The notes under the pieces are model-generated. The model saw only the letters and a list, made by a program, of their open reading frames with translations, did not search any database and was not told the DNA's origin. Positions 21,156 through 34,686 of a DNA stretch of 64,000 nt are shown here, piece after piece. Origin of the DNA: the human T2T-CHM13v2.0 reference genome, Homo sapiens; NCBI RefSeq assembly GCF_009914755.1, contig NC_060935.1. One strand, given 5' to 3'. Both the position numbers and the translations under genes were made by a program. How positions within the stretch are numbered: position 1 is the stretch's first letter; each line of letters opens with the position of its first letter.

Positions 21156-24100
21156 GGGTAGGACTTAGGCCCGACTACAGTGAGTGGGGGATGCATCCTG
21201 TGAACGCAGTGTTGTGACCTGTCTGTCCAGTGGTGGTATTGCTTGCTTCTAATTAGAGCTTTATATTTTTGAAAACCTCAGTGCAAATTGGTTCGGTTTT
21301 CTTTGGCTGCAGATGTACTGTTTGAAACTTTATGTTGCCAATAGATATCTGCATTGCAAGGGTCAGAAAGATAAAAACAAACCAGAATTGCTCTGTGAAA
21401 TGATTTAAACAGTATATTCTACCTGAAATTTGGGGAAAATTGGAAATTAGATCTGGGCTTCCTTGCACATAGACTGGGCAAATCTTTTCTGTAACAGTTC
21501 AATTTTAGGGTAGGTGCTAAAAAATAAGCACAAAATCTGTTCCAAGTGATCAAAACCCAGACTGTTGCCTATTTTTGACAAAGTCATATTGTTTTCTGAG
21601 GACCAATACATGTAAAAACTCCAAGGTACAGAGTATGTGCTCAATGAATTTTGGCTCCTCTTCTAATTTGTTTTACATTAGCCATCATTCTACATTTTTA
21701 AAACATGAAATCCCACTTTTTATTTACCTGATGGTAGTCCTTGAGCCAGACCTTTAAGGAAGAGTGATCATCAGAATTTTGACTACAATTCACATTTATT
21801 AGATGAAATTCAACTTTTATGCTCAAAGTATCACTAAGGTAAATAGACATTTTAGGCAATACAGCAGTTTTTCCATCAGAGACGTCAGCAATATTTGTGT
21901 CCTATAGGAAAGATTCAGAAAAAGATAAAAATTGCAGTGAGTCATTACAAACTATTTTTTTTTCATTTCCATTGCTTTTAAGCAATCCAGGTTAACCCCA
22001 CTTACTCACATCCTCTCATCATGGCATAATAAAAAATTGTAAGCATTCAGTAAAATATAGGAGTTGGAGATTTAAAAAAAAATCTAAATGTCCACTTCTT
22101 TCCTCTAGTAATAGGAAGTAGCTTTAAAATAAGATCTGAAAGGATTTGTTATTGCTCTTCCTAAAATCAGGACTCTAAAACCCATTTTCTAAAATTATCT
22201 ATAATAGCTAAGTGAATAGGCTGCTCAGTTTCATTACAATGATAAGTGAGTCTTTGAACTTCCAAGAGATATTTGGTACTTGATGTACCCTAGAGTCAAA
22301 AACCCGATATACTTTCAGTAAGATGTACATCTGAGTTTACACCAGCTAAACACGCTTGATTTTTTATATTTATTTATATGAAAGCTTTTGAAATACTTGT
22401 ATCTTAAAGCAAAGAGCCAATGCCATCCCTTTTTATCAAGATCTAATTGCTTTCATCCATAATGTAGAAATTAGTGACTGAGTACAATAGCACATAGATA
22501 GTTCCAAAACGATTCTTTCCAAATTTTGTGAAAAAGAATTAAGAACTAAATCCTCAATTCACTCGATCCAAACATTTTTAGCATGTCTTATGATAGCAAA
22601 ACTACAAAGTGGGATAATATCAAGGTGTCTTAGCCATTAGAGGAATGCTTTCATCTTAATGTTTACAGAGTTGATGAGAGACTTTTTTCAAATTGAGAAA
22701 AACAATACTTGATTAGTTTTCAGAGCCAATTATTTGGACTGAATTCTGAGATGAATTTTATAAGATGTCCTTACTAGATTTTGTTAACAGTTCATTAAAA
22801 CTGACTTTTCTTTGGCATAACAAAGGCACTCCAGCCATCATCAGCAAGGTACAAGGGTGGGGAAGCAAAGCAAATAAAAAAAGAGTATTAGAAATTTTTA
22901 GAAATAAATGCTGTGTATGCTAGTTCATTTCAAAGTTCAGGGAAGTTATTAAAAGGAGATGTAAATTCCCACGTCATATATATACAATTTACATATAACA
23001 TTGTTTTTGGAGTCACAACTTGAAATTGAATTTCCTTACATGAATTGCCTTTAGAGGTAGATTTGAACATTTAAGACAAAAAAATTTCAAATAAATAGGA
23101 AGCATTCATTGGACATTTTAAAAGACAGTGGCATTTGGGATAAAGGAAATAATCTGTGCCTGTCAAAACTTATAAGTAAGCAGTTTTTATTGTACTCTCA
23201 AATTAAAGGAAAACTTTCATAAACTCTATGACCATAATTATGGAAATGATTGGTAATTCAAAAATAATATTGCCCCAGAATCCCAAAAACAAAACTGGCA
23301 CCTTCAATCCATGGTAGATTCTACTAAAAAGTGATCATCTCTCAAGGGAACATAAGCCACAACAATCCAACAAAACCCAGACCATATGTAAAATCACTAG
23401 AAAGTTTTCCAGTTTGAGGAACCTCAAAAGGTTCACATCAAGATGAATAGAAATGGCATTTTATGGAAGATACAGATGATGTAAGTATAGGAAATAAAAA
23501 TGCTAAAACAGATTTAAAGAAAAATAAGTCAAAGTTTTATTAAGTAATACACTTCATTGCATTAATCTATAAAATAGGAGGGTGTATTTGAGATTATATG
23601 GAATTGTTCAACCTTTGGAAGTTTTCCTTTCCCCACAAACATGATCAAGAAAAGGAAGAAAACAAAAACAGATTTTTCTGGCAAAAGCCTTCTGTAAACA
23701 CTTTTTAAAAATTACCAGGCTTTTATTAATGGTATTTTAGTATTTCCTCTTGAAGAAAAATTAAAACAAAGCTAAACTAGTGGATTTTAACAAATAATTG
23801 TCTATTTTACTTAACATTAAATGTTGAAAGGGAATCTAAGGAAACATATTCAGACTTTGATTTTGGTTTTGTTTAAATTTAGTGATTAGTAGATACCTAT
23901 GAATTCTCTGGAACTACCTTTCCTGAATCTCTTGTTAAACAAGAGGTGAGTGGTTTGGAGACTCTGAGTGGTTTGGGGACTCTTTCAAAGATTTAAGATG
24001 GGCTAATACATTGGTTTGGATTAGACTCGTGGATATTCATTTTTCTTGTTTTCATCAGCATATGACTTTATCTAACTAATATAAACTTCCTAAATCTGCT

Positions 24101-26171
24101 CCCAAATTGTTTTCTTTAGAAGATTGTGGAAAATGCCAATGCTGTAACTGGAGTATTCCATATAGTTAGGCACTCACTAAAGGGTTCTGACCCCCAAAAT
24201 GTCCATCTAAAACACATAAAATGGAAAAGATTACACTAGAAAGTTATTTAGCATCTTGATACCAAGTCTTGTCTTATGTTTCTTAAATACATTTTGTTGC
24301 TAGATTTTCTTGATATAAATAGTCCTGCTTTGCTAATACTTCTTTTTATACACACACCCAAAACATATGTACTTTAATATTGAGTAGGAAAACATTCACC
24401 TCCAATAACACAGTCTCCCCAGAGTCTCACTTCAAAAAACAAGACTATTGCAGCCATGTACACATTTTAGTTCCCTTGGTGAAATTATTCTATATGGGTG
24501 AGGTTCTTGATTAAGGGATTCTTTCAAATGCTCAAATGGAATTGAATTGTTTCATTTCTAACTTTCTCACTGGTGCAGTGAAATTCAATTCTGTTCAATT
24601 TAAAATAGTGGGCAATGTATTCATTTGCATTTTTAAGGTACAATTTACATACAATAAAACCTACCCTTTTTAGTGTACAGTTCTGCAGGTTTGATAAATT
24701 ATGAATAATTTTAGTATATTATTCTATCAGTTTCATTTACAAGAAAGATAAAAAGTATCTTCCTATATAAGGTCATTCATCCACTCAACAAATATTTACT
24801 GAGTGCCTATTATGTGCTAAATAAAAGACAGAAGGACTTTGATTTCAACGGACTAATAGAAGATAATCAAGTAGAAGTGTTGTTTTTCTCTAAAATCCTT
24901 GTTATATTTCCTTGATTTCTAAATATAAAAACTATACATGTTTCTGTGAAGACCATCCTGAGTTCTGATTATGATGATAAGTATTAATTTTTAAGACTGT
25001 TTACTGAAACAGAACTGTGAGATTGACCTTGATTTTGTCATTTATATGTCATTACTAGCAATTTGACTTCAACTTTCTGAAGTTTTCAGAGTAACTGATC
25101 TGTAAACATTTTTACTCCACCAGTTTTTAAACTAGTTACTAATTTCATTACTTAATATATAATTATTCTAATATTTAAGCTCCAGGGCAGAATAAACACA
25201 GGGATGGAATTTCCTAAAGATTTGGATAAACTTGAATTCACAACAGGGAATTAGATACATGCTGAGTTGTGAGTTATGAACTAAGTCATAACAAACTCAG
25301 GGAATCACTCCTTTACCCTATTTTCCTCTTAAGTTATAATTCTAGCTACTAGAAAGAATTTAGACAGTGAATGAACAGTAATGAGACTAACATAATAACA
25401 GTGCCTGTTTCTCCTTTGTGTAATGTTATCTGCTATGTAATGTGATAAGGAGCAGGAATTTACTGATTTCAGATCCCTGACTCTATAACCTCAATATGGG
25501 AGGTTCCCCAGTCATGACCATTCAGTAGGCTTTGAAACATATCCCTTTTCAGTGCACCCCTTTTAAATACAGTTCTTAAAATATGAGCCTTAGTGTCCAT
25601 AATAGCATAGAGTGAACTATATGTCACTAATTGTGCTGTTCTGGGTCATGTCTATAACTGGTGTGAATGAATGAAGTGTCTGTGGATAGGTCTGTGTTAT
25701 AAAACAGGAAGATCTGTCATGAATAGTCTATACATACCGTTTGTTTAGGTACTTCATTAGTTCTGGTAGTTTAATCCTTGCACTGTAAAGACATTTCATG
25801 ACAAGGAAATACTATTTAAAGAATGTTGTCAAACATAAAAGAGCTTTTAAGCTCATCCAGAAGTACTAAGATATACAGTGCAGCAAGTTAAAAGATGTTT
25901 CCTGCCCAGATTTACTAACAGTAGTTAAATATTATAATTTTAGAATTAGTTTTTCCACAGGTAGGACCACAAACTCTAGACAGATTCATTCTTCGGTGTA
26001 GTTAAGCTTTCCTTTCCCTGGATAAGCAGTTTTCATATGACCAAAAGAACATGGAAAAAATGCAGATGTCTAATTATTTATATTTCGGTGTTTGTTGTGG
26101 AACATATTGTTGAAGAAACAGAAATATGGTAACACTCCGCGTTCTTTCTGCTTCCTTTCCATGCAACCCAG

Positions 26172-26336
26172 CTGACCTTTTCTGAAGCCATAAGAAACAA
26201 AGCCAGATTATCCATCACTGGGAGTGTGGGAGAGAATGGCCGCGTCTTGACGCCTGACTGCCCAAAGGCTGTACACACTGGAACTGCAATCAGACAAAGT
26301 TCAGGATTGGCTGTCATTGCATCGGACCTACCATAA
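26172..26336 (+). CDS. GRIA4: GRIA4 terminal coding exon (long C-tail)
   Basis: cccag|CTG ACC TTT...CCA TAA = [54 protein letters not shown]. This is the GluA4 C-terminus, including the RNKARLS kinase site. Confidence 0.96.
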   Translation: MTFSEAIRNKARLSITGSVGENGRVLTPDCPKAVHTGTAIRQSSGLAVIASDLP

Positions 26337-28149
26337 AAACCAAAAAAATAATTGAGTGCCTTAATTAAACTGTTGGTGACTGGTGGAAACGCAGCCCTGA
26401 GGGACACGCCACGCGCGGGTCTTTGCTAAACCAATCCTTTGGCTGAGAGCGGGAAGTCCGTCCTAACGCGCTGGCCGGACATCAGCAGCAGCAACGTGTG
26501 CATGAGCTCAGCTCGGAAACCCAAACTCAGATTTTATATCAGGAAAACTCACAATTGAGGTTTTTTTCGGGGAGTGGGTGGGGGAGGGATCTGGGATGGG
26601 TGTATTAACAGCAACAAATTTCATTCGAGTGGACTCAAAAACTAATCAGACTTATGAGTTAGCGCATTAAACTGTGAAGTTCTTGCTCAGAAAGGCCTTT
26701 GTCTTCACCGGAAAGGATAAAATAGTTGTAGAAGTCCGTGAACATGCTAACCTGTGTCTCCAGAACATCCATATAGTCCATGGAAGAAAATCCAGCTGAG
26801 AAAACAAATCACTAAACTGTGATAAGAAAATAATGAACAAACATGTAAAACCTGTGGGAAAAAAAAATAAAGGAAGTATGTACACTTACTTTGGAGAAAA
26901 CAAATACTGAAACATGCTTGCTTTTTAACTGACGTAAATTCAGTAGAGGACAACACAATTCTTTTTTCTAACCATCTTAGGGAACAATACATTGCAATAA
27001 TTGATATAAATGCCATCACTGTAATAAACTTTAGAGACTTTTTTTTATAAAAGTTGTTGGTCATCTTCTTGTTTGCTGTAACCTTCACTATGTCACATGA
27101 GTCGATTCACCGATTGCATTTGTCTCACAACCAGGAAGAAAAGCAAAAGGAAGAAAACGTTTAGGTTCAATCATCAGTCTGCGGTGTAGACTCGAAAGAG
27201 ATGACAGGTCACTCATGTTAATGGTATTATTTATAATCTCATTCTGTGTACAACATTGTGGTTTTTGTACCCACCAAAAAGAATAAAACAGCAGATGTTC
27301 TTACAATATCTACAGAGCTTAAAAGTTTTTTCTTATCGTTATAAAAGTTATTTGAGAAATTATAAGACTATAAGAGAGATTGTATTAGTGGTGGGCCATA
27401 GTGGAAAATGTAGCTAGCCCTCATTATTTTTTGCATACTAAGCTACCCCTCCTTTTCAGATCTTTGACTCATTAACAGATTAAATTGTCAAAGATGGAGT
27501 CTTTGAGTTGGGGAATGAATCACTGTCCTAACAACAACATACCTTGTAATTGTGTGTTGAAATTTTACTTGACTGTATTTTGCTGCATAAAATTATGTGT
27601 CTCTTGGGCTTCTTCCCTTATTCCTATTGTTCCCTTTAAATCATATGAAGGCATTCATAATAGCTTGGGGTAGATAACAAATGAAGAATTAGTCTTTGTT
27701 TTCAACTGGAAATTGTAAAGAAAATTATACTCATGTTTATTTATAAAAATCACCTTATGTATGAATTAAACTAACATGGTTCAAAAGAAGGTTTGGTTCA
27801 TTTGAAATAATAAATAAGTACTCTAATACAGATAAAAATCATGTACTTAGGGTATTGGCAGAAAGCACAAGTTAGGATGATTTCAGAAGTCTGGCCTTGA
27901 AGGATGAGTTGAGTTTTAACAGGAGGAGAAGGTGTTAAGAGCCATATGAGTGAGCAGTGGCCCAAAGCCATGCACATCAGTGGCTCATTTAAGGAATGAA
28001 TGCCATTAGATGGGCTACTGAGAGTACAGGGATATTATGGAAGATAAAGTTGGAAAAGCTGAAGGATTGATTTTCTTCCATCAACTCTCAAGATCCCATT
28101 CGCCATTCAATCTCTGTGCTGCAGTAAGAGCAATCTTAAACAGTATAAA

Positions 28150-28150
<1 letters not shown>

Positions 28151-28194
<44 letters not shown>
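28151..28194 (+). repeat. (CA)22 microsatellite in the GRIA4 3'UTR
   Basis: Perfect CA run. Confidence 0.97.
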
Positions 28195-28195
<1 letters not shown>

Positions 28196-28239
28196 GTCCC
28201 TCAGGAAAAATTCCAAGCTCTTGAGAAGATCACATGAGC

Positions 28240-28700
28240 CCCTTCATGACCTGGCGCTTGCTTATTTCTTCCAGGACTTCTCTCACTTCTATCCAGCTAT
28301 TCCCGTCAGCAAATGAACCTCCAAAGCAGCACATGGAGCACTGCATAGACTATTTCCTCAGTGCGTAACTCCTCCCTGTCTCCTCTTTACCTGAGTAACT
28401 TGTACTCATCCTTCAATACTCCAACTGAATTTTACTTACCCTGAAAAGATTTCCATGGCTATCCACCACCCCCCTGCCTGTGAGACTGAGTTAGGTGCCC
28501 TTTTTCATGTCTTTCCCCCATCACGGCACTTACCATACTGCGTTGTAATTGCCTGTGTACTCGTCTGTATAACTACTAGACTGTAAGCTCCTTGAGGGCA
28601 GGGACTGTGTCTATCTTGTTCACAGTTGTATCCCCAGCACCCAGCACAGTGCCTGGCATATTGTAGGTGCTTAATAAATATTTGTTGAATGAATGAGTGA
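28240..28700 (+). mobile_element. L2 3' end
   Basis: actagactgtaagctccttgagggcaggg...cacagtgcctggcata...aataaatatttgttgaatgaatga matches the L2 terminus. Confidence 0.8.
28673..28678 (+). terminator. Candidate distal poly(A) signal AATAAA within an L2 3' end
   Basis: ttAATAAAtatttgttgaatgaatg followed by U/G-rich sequence. Confidence 0.55.
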
Positions 28701-28784
28701 ATTGAATTGAATTAATTTAATTAAGTGAAAGCAGAAAAACAGCATCTTTTCCTATTGACAGTCTCTAGAGTATATTTTAGGTAA

Positions 28785-29077
28785 TATGGTCCCCAACTTA
28801 ATGATCATTCGACCCATGATTATTCAAGTTTATGATGATATGCATTCAGTACAGTACTCGATAAGTTACATGAGATATTCAACACTTAGTAATAAAATAG
28901 GCTTTGTGTTAGATGACTTTGAGGCTAATATAAGCGTTCTGAACACAGGTAAGGTATGCTAAGCTAACCTACTGTGTTCAACGAGTTAGAGGTATTCAAT
29001 GTATCTTCAACTTATACTATTTCAACTGAAGATGGGTTTATTGGGATATAAACCCATTGTAAGTTGAGGGGCATCTG
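28785..29077 (-). mobile_element. Tigger-family MITE (MER47/Tigger5-like)
   Basis: Inverted ends ggtccccaactta and taagttgaggggcatctg|ta; internal similarity to the recalled consensus. Confidence 0.65.
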
Positions 29078-30661
29078 TATATGGTGAGCCAAATGAAACT
29101 TGCAGGTTGGCTGATTTCATAGTGTTGTCTATGTCACTGGAAAGCATGGCTTAAAAAAAAAGTTGATCTGATAAATATTCTGATCAGATAAGACTATACT
29201 CCATGTAATTGTATATAGTTGTGGAATCATTTGTTTAGCTGGATAAACTGTTTAAAAAAAAAAACAAAAACTAACACAGAACAGGGTTTTGGCATGGTTT
29301 TTAGCCATACTTCCAAAGGTATCTTTCATTTAAGCCTCAGAGTGGATTCATGATATGAAGTTAGAGAGTTATTTCTTATAGTAAAGAATAATTGTGGCCA
29401 AAACAAAATTGGGATTGGGATTTTCCTTCCATGTGGCAAAGAACAAGGGTTCATTTGATTTTTTCTGAATCTGAAGAAAATGGTAGGTTGAGCAAACTTC
29501 CATTGCATAAATACCTGTTTTTTAGCCACCTGTACTGACAAACTGGAAAGTGTCATGAACAACAAAGTAAGTAAAAAACACAGAAAATATATAATATCAC
29601 TAAAGAAAATTTTTGTTAAATCACAATGCCTAGTACATGGCTTGAGGGAAAAGGTTACTTAGGAGTTTCATAGTCCCTCATTCTCAAGTATAAAGACAGC
29701 TCATTCAAGTAATATACCGTTATGATTTCCTTCTCAGAGTTTGTACATTTCACCAACACTTCTGAAGTTCCTAAACATTTAGTAATGGCTTAAAGCTGTG
29801 TCTGTAGAACATTATTTGTGCAGTTGGGTAGGTCTGTAGTCATAGGCAATCAATGTTTCAATAAATGATTTAATGAACTGTTTGACTAAATGAATAAAGA
29901 AATGAATGAATAAAGACCCTCTAAAGAATTTCATGATCATTCCCCGTATGAAAACTTCTGCCAGCTCCTTAGAGCTAATTGCCAACATAAATGGGAATCT
30001 TTCAGCATTTTTTTAAAACAAAGAAGGGATGTGGAACAATTTTGTTCACAACTGGCTCAATCTAGAGATTTGCCTAATCCTTTGGCCACCTTAAACTGAT
30101 GCAGTGTCAAACTTCTAAAACAGGGCATTTTAAAAATCCCATCTGCCTGAGATTTTCGCAGAACCATACTTCCCACCAATATTCTGTTTTTACATCTAAG
30201 CACAGTCAGTATCAGCCAGCATCTTTAAGCTTCCAAGACTACCATCAAAGTAGGTGACTGCAGGCTTGTTGGGACTTGCACAGGAACGGGTGACACTAAC
30301 TTGAGATTTAATGAAAACCCTGAGGCTTGACCCGGTAGGTCTATATCCATGTCATCCTTGGTCACAGCTTCACATCTAAATCATTCCATTAATTTCTCTG
30401 TGTCTTGTCCGCATTTTCCTCCCAATACTCTTCTGTACTTTTCTTCCTTCTCCCCATTCATCTTCCCACCACTTTTCTCTCTCTCTGACTGTCACCAGTC
30501 TCCCTAGGACCCTCATATGAAGTAAGGAAGCCCTGAACATCCTCAAGTTCTCCCCAGAGCACTGTCCCATCTCCTGATAATACCACTCCATGTACCACAA
30601 GCCTAGAAGGAAAAGGAATGTCAGTCCTTACAATTACAGCCCACATATAAAAATCCTTCCC

Positions 30662-30818
30662 CGTGAATGTTCCCAACACGAAGAAATGATAAATATTTGA
30701 GATGATGGCTATGCTAATTGCCCTTATCTGAATACTATAAATTATATATATATGAAAACATCACTATGCACCTCATGAACATGTACAACTATTGTCAATT
30801 AAAAATTAAAATTAAAAC
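30662..30818 (+). mobile_element. L1MA-type 3' end fragment
   Basis: gaatgttcccaacacgaagaaatgataaat...A-rich tail. Confidence 0.65.
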
Positions 30819-30849
30819 ATGACAATAGGCAAAAAAATTTCTTCTCATC

Positions 30850-32150
30850 TAATCATACTGTCAAAATGCCCTGCCTCCTTGTCCATTTTCTCCTGCTGAC
30901 TTATCTGTAATTGCCCCACATTCATACATGATTTTGGCATTTGGCTTATTCTTCCTGTGCACCCCAAGTTCTATTATCATCCTAAACAACTTCAAGGTCA
31001 GTACAGATGCTTCATCTAACCCTTAGTCCTGCAGTTCTTTGACTTCCCATGGGTCTTTGCCTCTATGCTATTTGCACCAAAGGAAATGCATCAGATCTTG
31101 TGATTGTTTACCTTCTCATCTTGCTTCAGATGATGACCCACTTTTCTTCCTTGCACACGCTAGTGACGGAAAAGAGTGGCCTTTAATCCACTATTGAACT
31201 CCTCTACTTGGCTATGTCACTTTACCAAAATGTTCTTCCCAAGATCACCAATAAATATCTTTAGCCATATTTAAATAAACACTTCAATACGGAACAAAAT
31301 CAAATTGATCTCTTTATGTATTGGCATGGATGATACTATTATATTCCCCCTAATTCTTATTTATTTCTTCTTAGTCTATTTTATATTCCCCATTTCCCTC
31401 AACCAGTCCTTACATGTTGCTATTACTCAGGTTTGTACCCTTTGCCCCCTTCTCTTCTTATAAGAATATTCCACCTGGTTGATGTCACTATTATCAAGCT
31501 GTCTACAGTCACCTATACATTATCAACAACGAAATCTGTGTCTTCCATTCAAGCCTTACATACTCAGTTGCCTACTGTTTATCTCTTTTTGACTTCTCTA
31601 TTATAACATATCAAATTTCCTCATTTTTCACTCTACATTCCCACCTCCTCTTGTATCCCTGTTTCAGTGAGTGGCATTAGCATTCATCTAATCTCCCAAT
31701 TCATGAGAATCATTCCATAACCTCTTTTCTTCCTCATTCACACATCCAATCAATCAACATCTTAAATTCCCTTATCTTTCATCTCTCCTTTCTCTGTCCC
31801 ATACTCATCATCCATATTATGACTGACTTGATTCAGGGACTCAGAATATCTCACCATTATTACTACAACTATCTCCTAATAGGTTTCCTTGCTTCTTGTT
31901 CACTTATATCCCCCTCTAATTCACTTCCTACATGGCTGCCAGAGTAATTTTCCTAAAACATAAATATGATCCTGTCACATTCCTGATTAAAATAACTCTA
32001 TAGCAAATATATGAGGTCTGTCAACATCTTCAGTGTCGTCTCTCACCTACTTTCCACTCCAATAACATTAAATCACTCACAGCTCCAGTTTCCAGAATGC
32101 TTCATCTTCTTCCCCTTCTAAGTTTTGCCAATTTTTCCCTCTACCTGAAT
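30850..32150 (+). mobile_element. Degraded L2
   Basis: Pyrimidine-rich stretch with L2-like motifs (gctgccagagtaattttcctaaaaca...atcctgtcac). Confidence 0.5.
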
Positions 32151-34402
32151 TGCCCCTATTTCAGAAAAGATTTCCAATTATAATCAACAAAATCTACTCT
32201 AGCTTAGTTAAGCAACAAGTAAATTTGTTAATGGAAATGAGATAGTTTCCCAGATGAGTGAAGACAGAGAATCAGTGCTGAAGGCCAAGTAGCCAAGAAT
32301 GATACTCAAATCAGGCCACTGATCTGCTCCCAAGCCAAGTCCAACTAATAGTGGACACATATATCAAAGTTGGCAGGAAGTACATAGAACATGAGAACAT
32401 AGAACAGTGCTGCTAGGACTTCTTTTTCTACTGCTTCTGAAAGTGCGATGCCTCTCTAGTGTACTCTATCACTCTATCACCTCCGCAGGAAAGAGCTCCA
32501 TGCATGGTCTCTTTCCAATTCAAACCTCAGGTAGGAGTATCTAACTGGTGGAGCTAGGTCACATGCCTATGACATAGCAAAAAGGGAGACCAAATACTTG
32601 CTATTACTAGAGAACCATAATGTGGAATATATACATAAAATTATTCAAAAGAAGCTGAGTGGGCACAAAGTGTTGCATATGTCGTTTTTCCTTTACACCT
32701 AATTTCTACTCATTCATCAGGAAGCATTCTAAAAACCACCTCTTCAGGTAGACATTCTTGATTCTCTTAATTTGGAGATCCTTTTCAAAAAATTTCCCTA
32801 GGTCCTATGTTTACCTCCATAATAGCACTTATACCACTGTTACATGATTGTTTTATAAACTTCTCCACTCTTTGGTTCCACAGGCAACAATGAGTAGTAG
32901 AAAGAACAAATTATCAGCATTAGAATCAGACAAAACTAAATGTGAATCCTTGTTCTGACACTGACTCTCTGGCCTCTGGAAAAAACCTGTTGTTCACATA
33001 CAAAATAGGAGCAATAATACCTAGCATTTGATGTTGCTGTGAAGTTGAGAATAAATGTTTATAAATTGCTTATCATAGTAGCTGGTAATAGGAGCTCAAT
33101 AAATGAAGCTATACTTATTTCTTTCTGTAGCCCTGAGCTTCAGCTTCTAGGAAATAAAACACTTCAAAAATGTCACTTTTGCCCTAACAATAAGAAAAAG
33201 CCTAATCATCTACAAAATTATATTTTTTGGTACAAATCAGAACACTGCTCATGGTGACCAAGTAAATTGAATTCCAAAGAAGGACAAACCCCTTCAAAAA
33301 GAGATGAGCTACACAGTTTCGCAACTGGTACAGCAGAAAGGAAGTGGGCTGTACTGGCAGTAACACAAGTGGGTAAGAATAATTCAGGTAAATATTAACA
33401 AATTCTTAAAGACCAAGTGTTGGCAAGTTTGTCAGTTTGAAACATTTGAGGTTGCTGAACAAAGAGAATTTGAATTCACTTGGAAGCTCTTTCTCATGAC
33501 CCTCGACTGGATGATTAGAAGAAAGATTGGGAGCAGGGTAGGAGACCAGAGACTTCATTGGAGGGGCAAGTGTGCAGGAGGTCAATAGCAGCTACTGGGA
33601 TACTCAACATGCCTGACTTCACAGATCCTTCTCTTCCACAAAGTCGATGGCTTTTTAGGCTACTGGAAAAGGAGCAACAAATTCTTTCATCTTCACATCA
33701 CAGACAAGGAACCATTGCCTCTAGAGAAGGAATAGAAGCAAAAATTATCTACCCCTTGTAGAGAGGCAGGAAACTGTCATGGGCCCAAGATCCTATACTT
33801 ATACAATTCAGAGGGATACTATGATGGAGAGAGGCAGATAACTCCCATCAAAGATCAACCACAGTTTTCCTTCCAGGAGATGGAAGGGTAGAAATACTGA
33901 GAAAGTCCCATCCCTGAGGATAAGGTGAAAACCGCCTGCCTAAGACTGAGGCTGGGCAGGCACAACAGAAAATTCTAGCTTGCTTCCAATACAAGCACAG
34001 CATTGATTAACAAACAACACCTGTCTACTTCTGAAATGAGGGATAGGAGCACAGCAGAATAGAGGCCTCCACTGTGACAAAGGAGTGCAGGAATGAAGGC
34101 AGGAATAAGGAGCAAGAGAAAAAAGCTCTTGCAATTCAGCCTCCACCTTAGGCACAAGGTAACAACAGCCTATTACTAGATGACTTCGTAGCCATCACTG
34201 AAAGTGATGCTAGCAACAACAAAACCCAAACTCAGCTCAACCCCTAACTAGATTTACTCACCTCTCCCCAAAATTAAGTCCTTACAAAAAACGAGAAGTG
34301 TCATTTACATATGTGTTGTATAGTACTCACCTCAGTCCCTATTGCTTTTCTCCTACTAAGTCCAGTATTTAATTTTTAAAAAGTTTGGAAAGCAATAAGA
34401 CA

Positions 34403-34686
34403 CACTTTGGGAGGCCGAGGTGGGCGGATCACGAGGTCAGAAGTTCAAGACCATTCTGACCAACATGCTGAAACCCCATCTGTACTAAAAATACGAAAAT
34501 TAGCAGGGCTTGGTGGCGCATCCATGTAATCCCAGCTACTTAGGAGGCTGAGGCAGGAGAATCACTTGAACCCAGGAGGCGGAGGTTGCAGTGAGCCGAG
34601 ATCACGCCACTGCACTCCAACCTGGGCGGTAGAGTGAGACTCCATCTCAGAAAAAAAAGAAAAAGAAAAAGAAAAAGAAAAGAAAA
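34403..34686 (+). mobile_element. AluS, slightly 5'-truncated
   Basis: Begins cactttgggagg; (GAAAAA)n tail. Confidence 0.9.

Larger units (their letters stand above)
26337..28695 (+). other. GRIA4: GRIA4 3'UTR (end approximate)
   Basis: Follows the stop codon. AATAAA hexamers at 27023, 27282, 27809 and 28673. The distal end is inferred. Confidence 0.7.

Noticed and set aside
23947-23982. 18-bp tandem duplication TGAGTGGTTTGG(A/G)GACTC
   Set aside because: Two-copy slippage duplication, not an array; no CRISPR-like structure anywhere in the window.
26078-26407. 109-aa antisense ORF over the GRIA4 last exon (likewise 18406-18738 and 57085-57459)
   Set aside because: Shadow ORFs of real coding exons with non-ATG or weak starts and no independent evidence.
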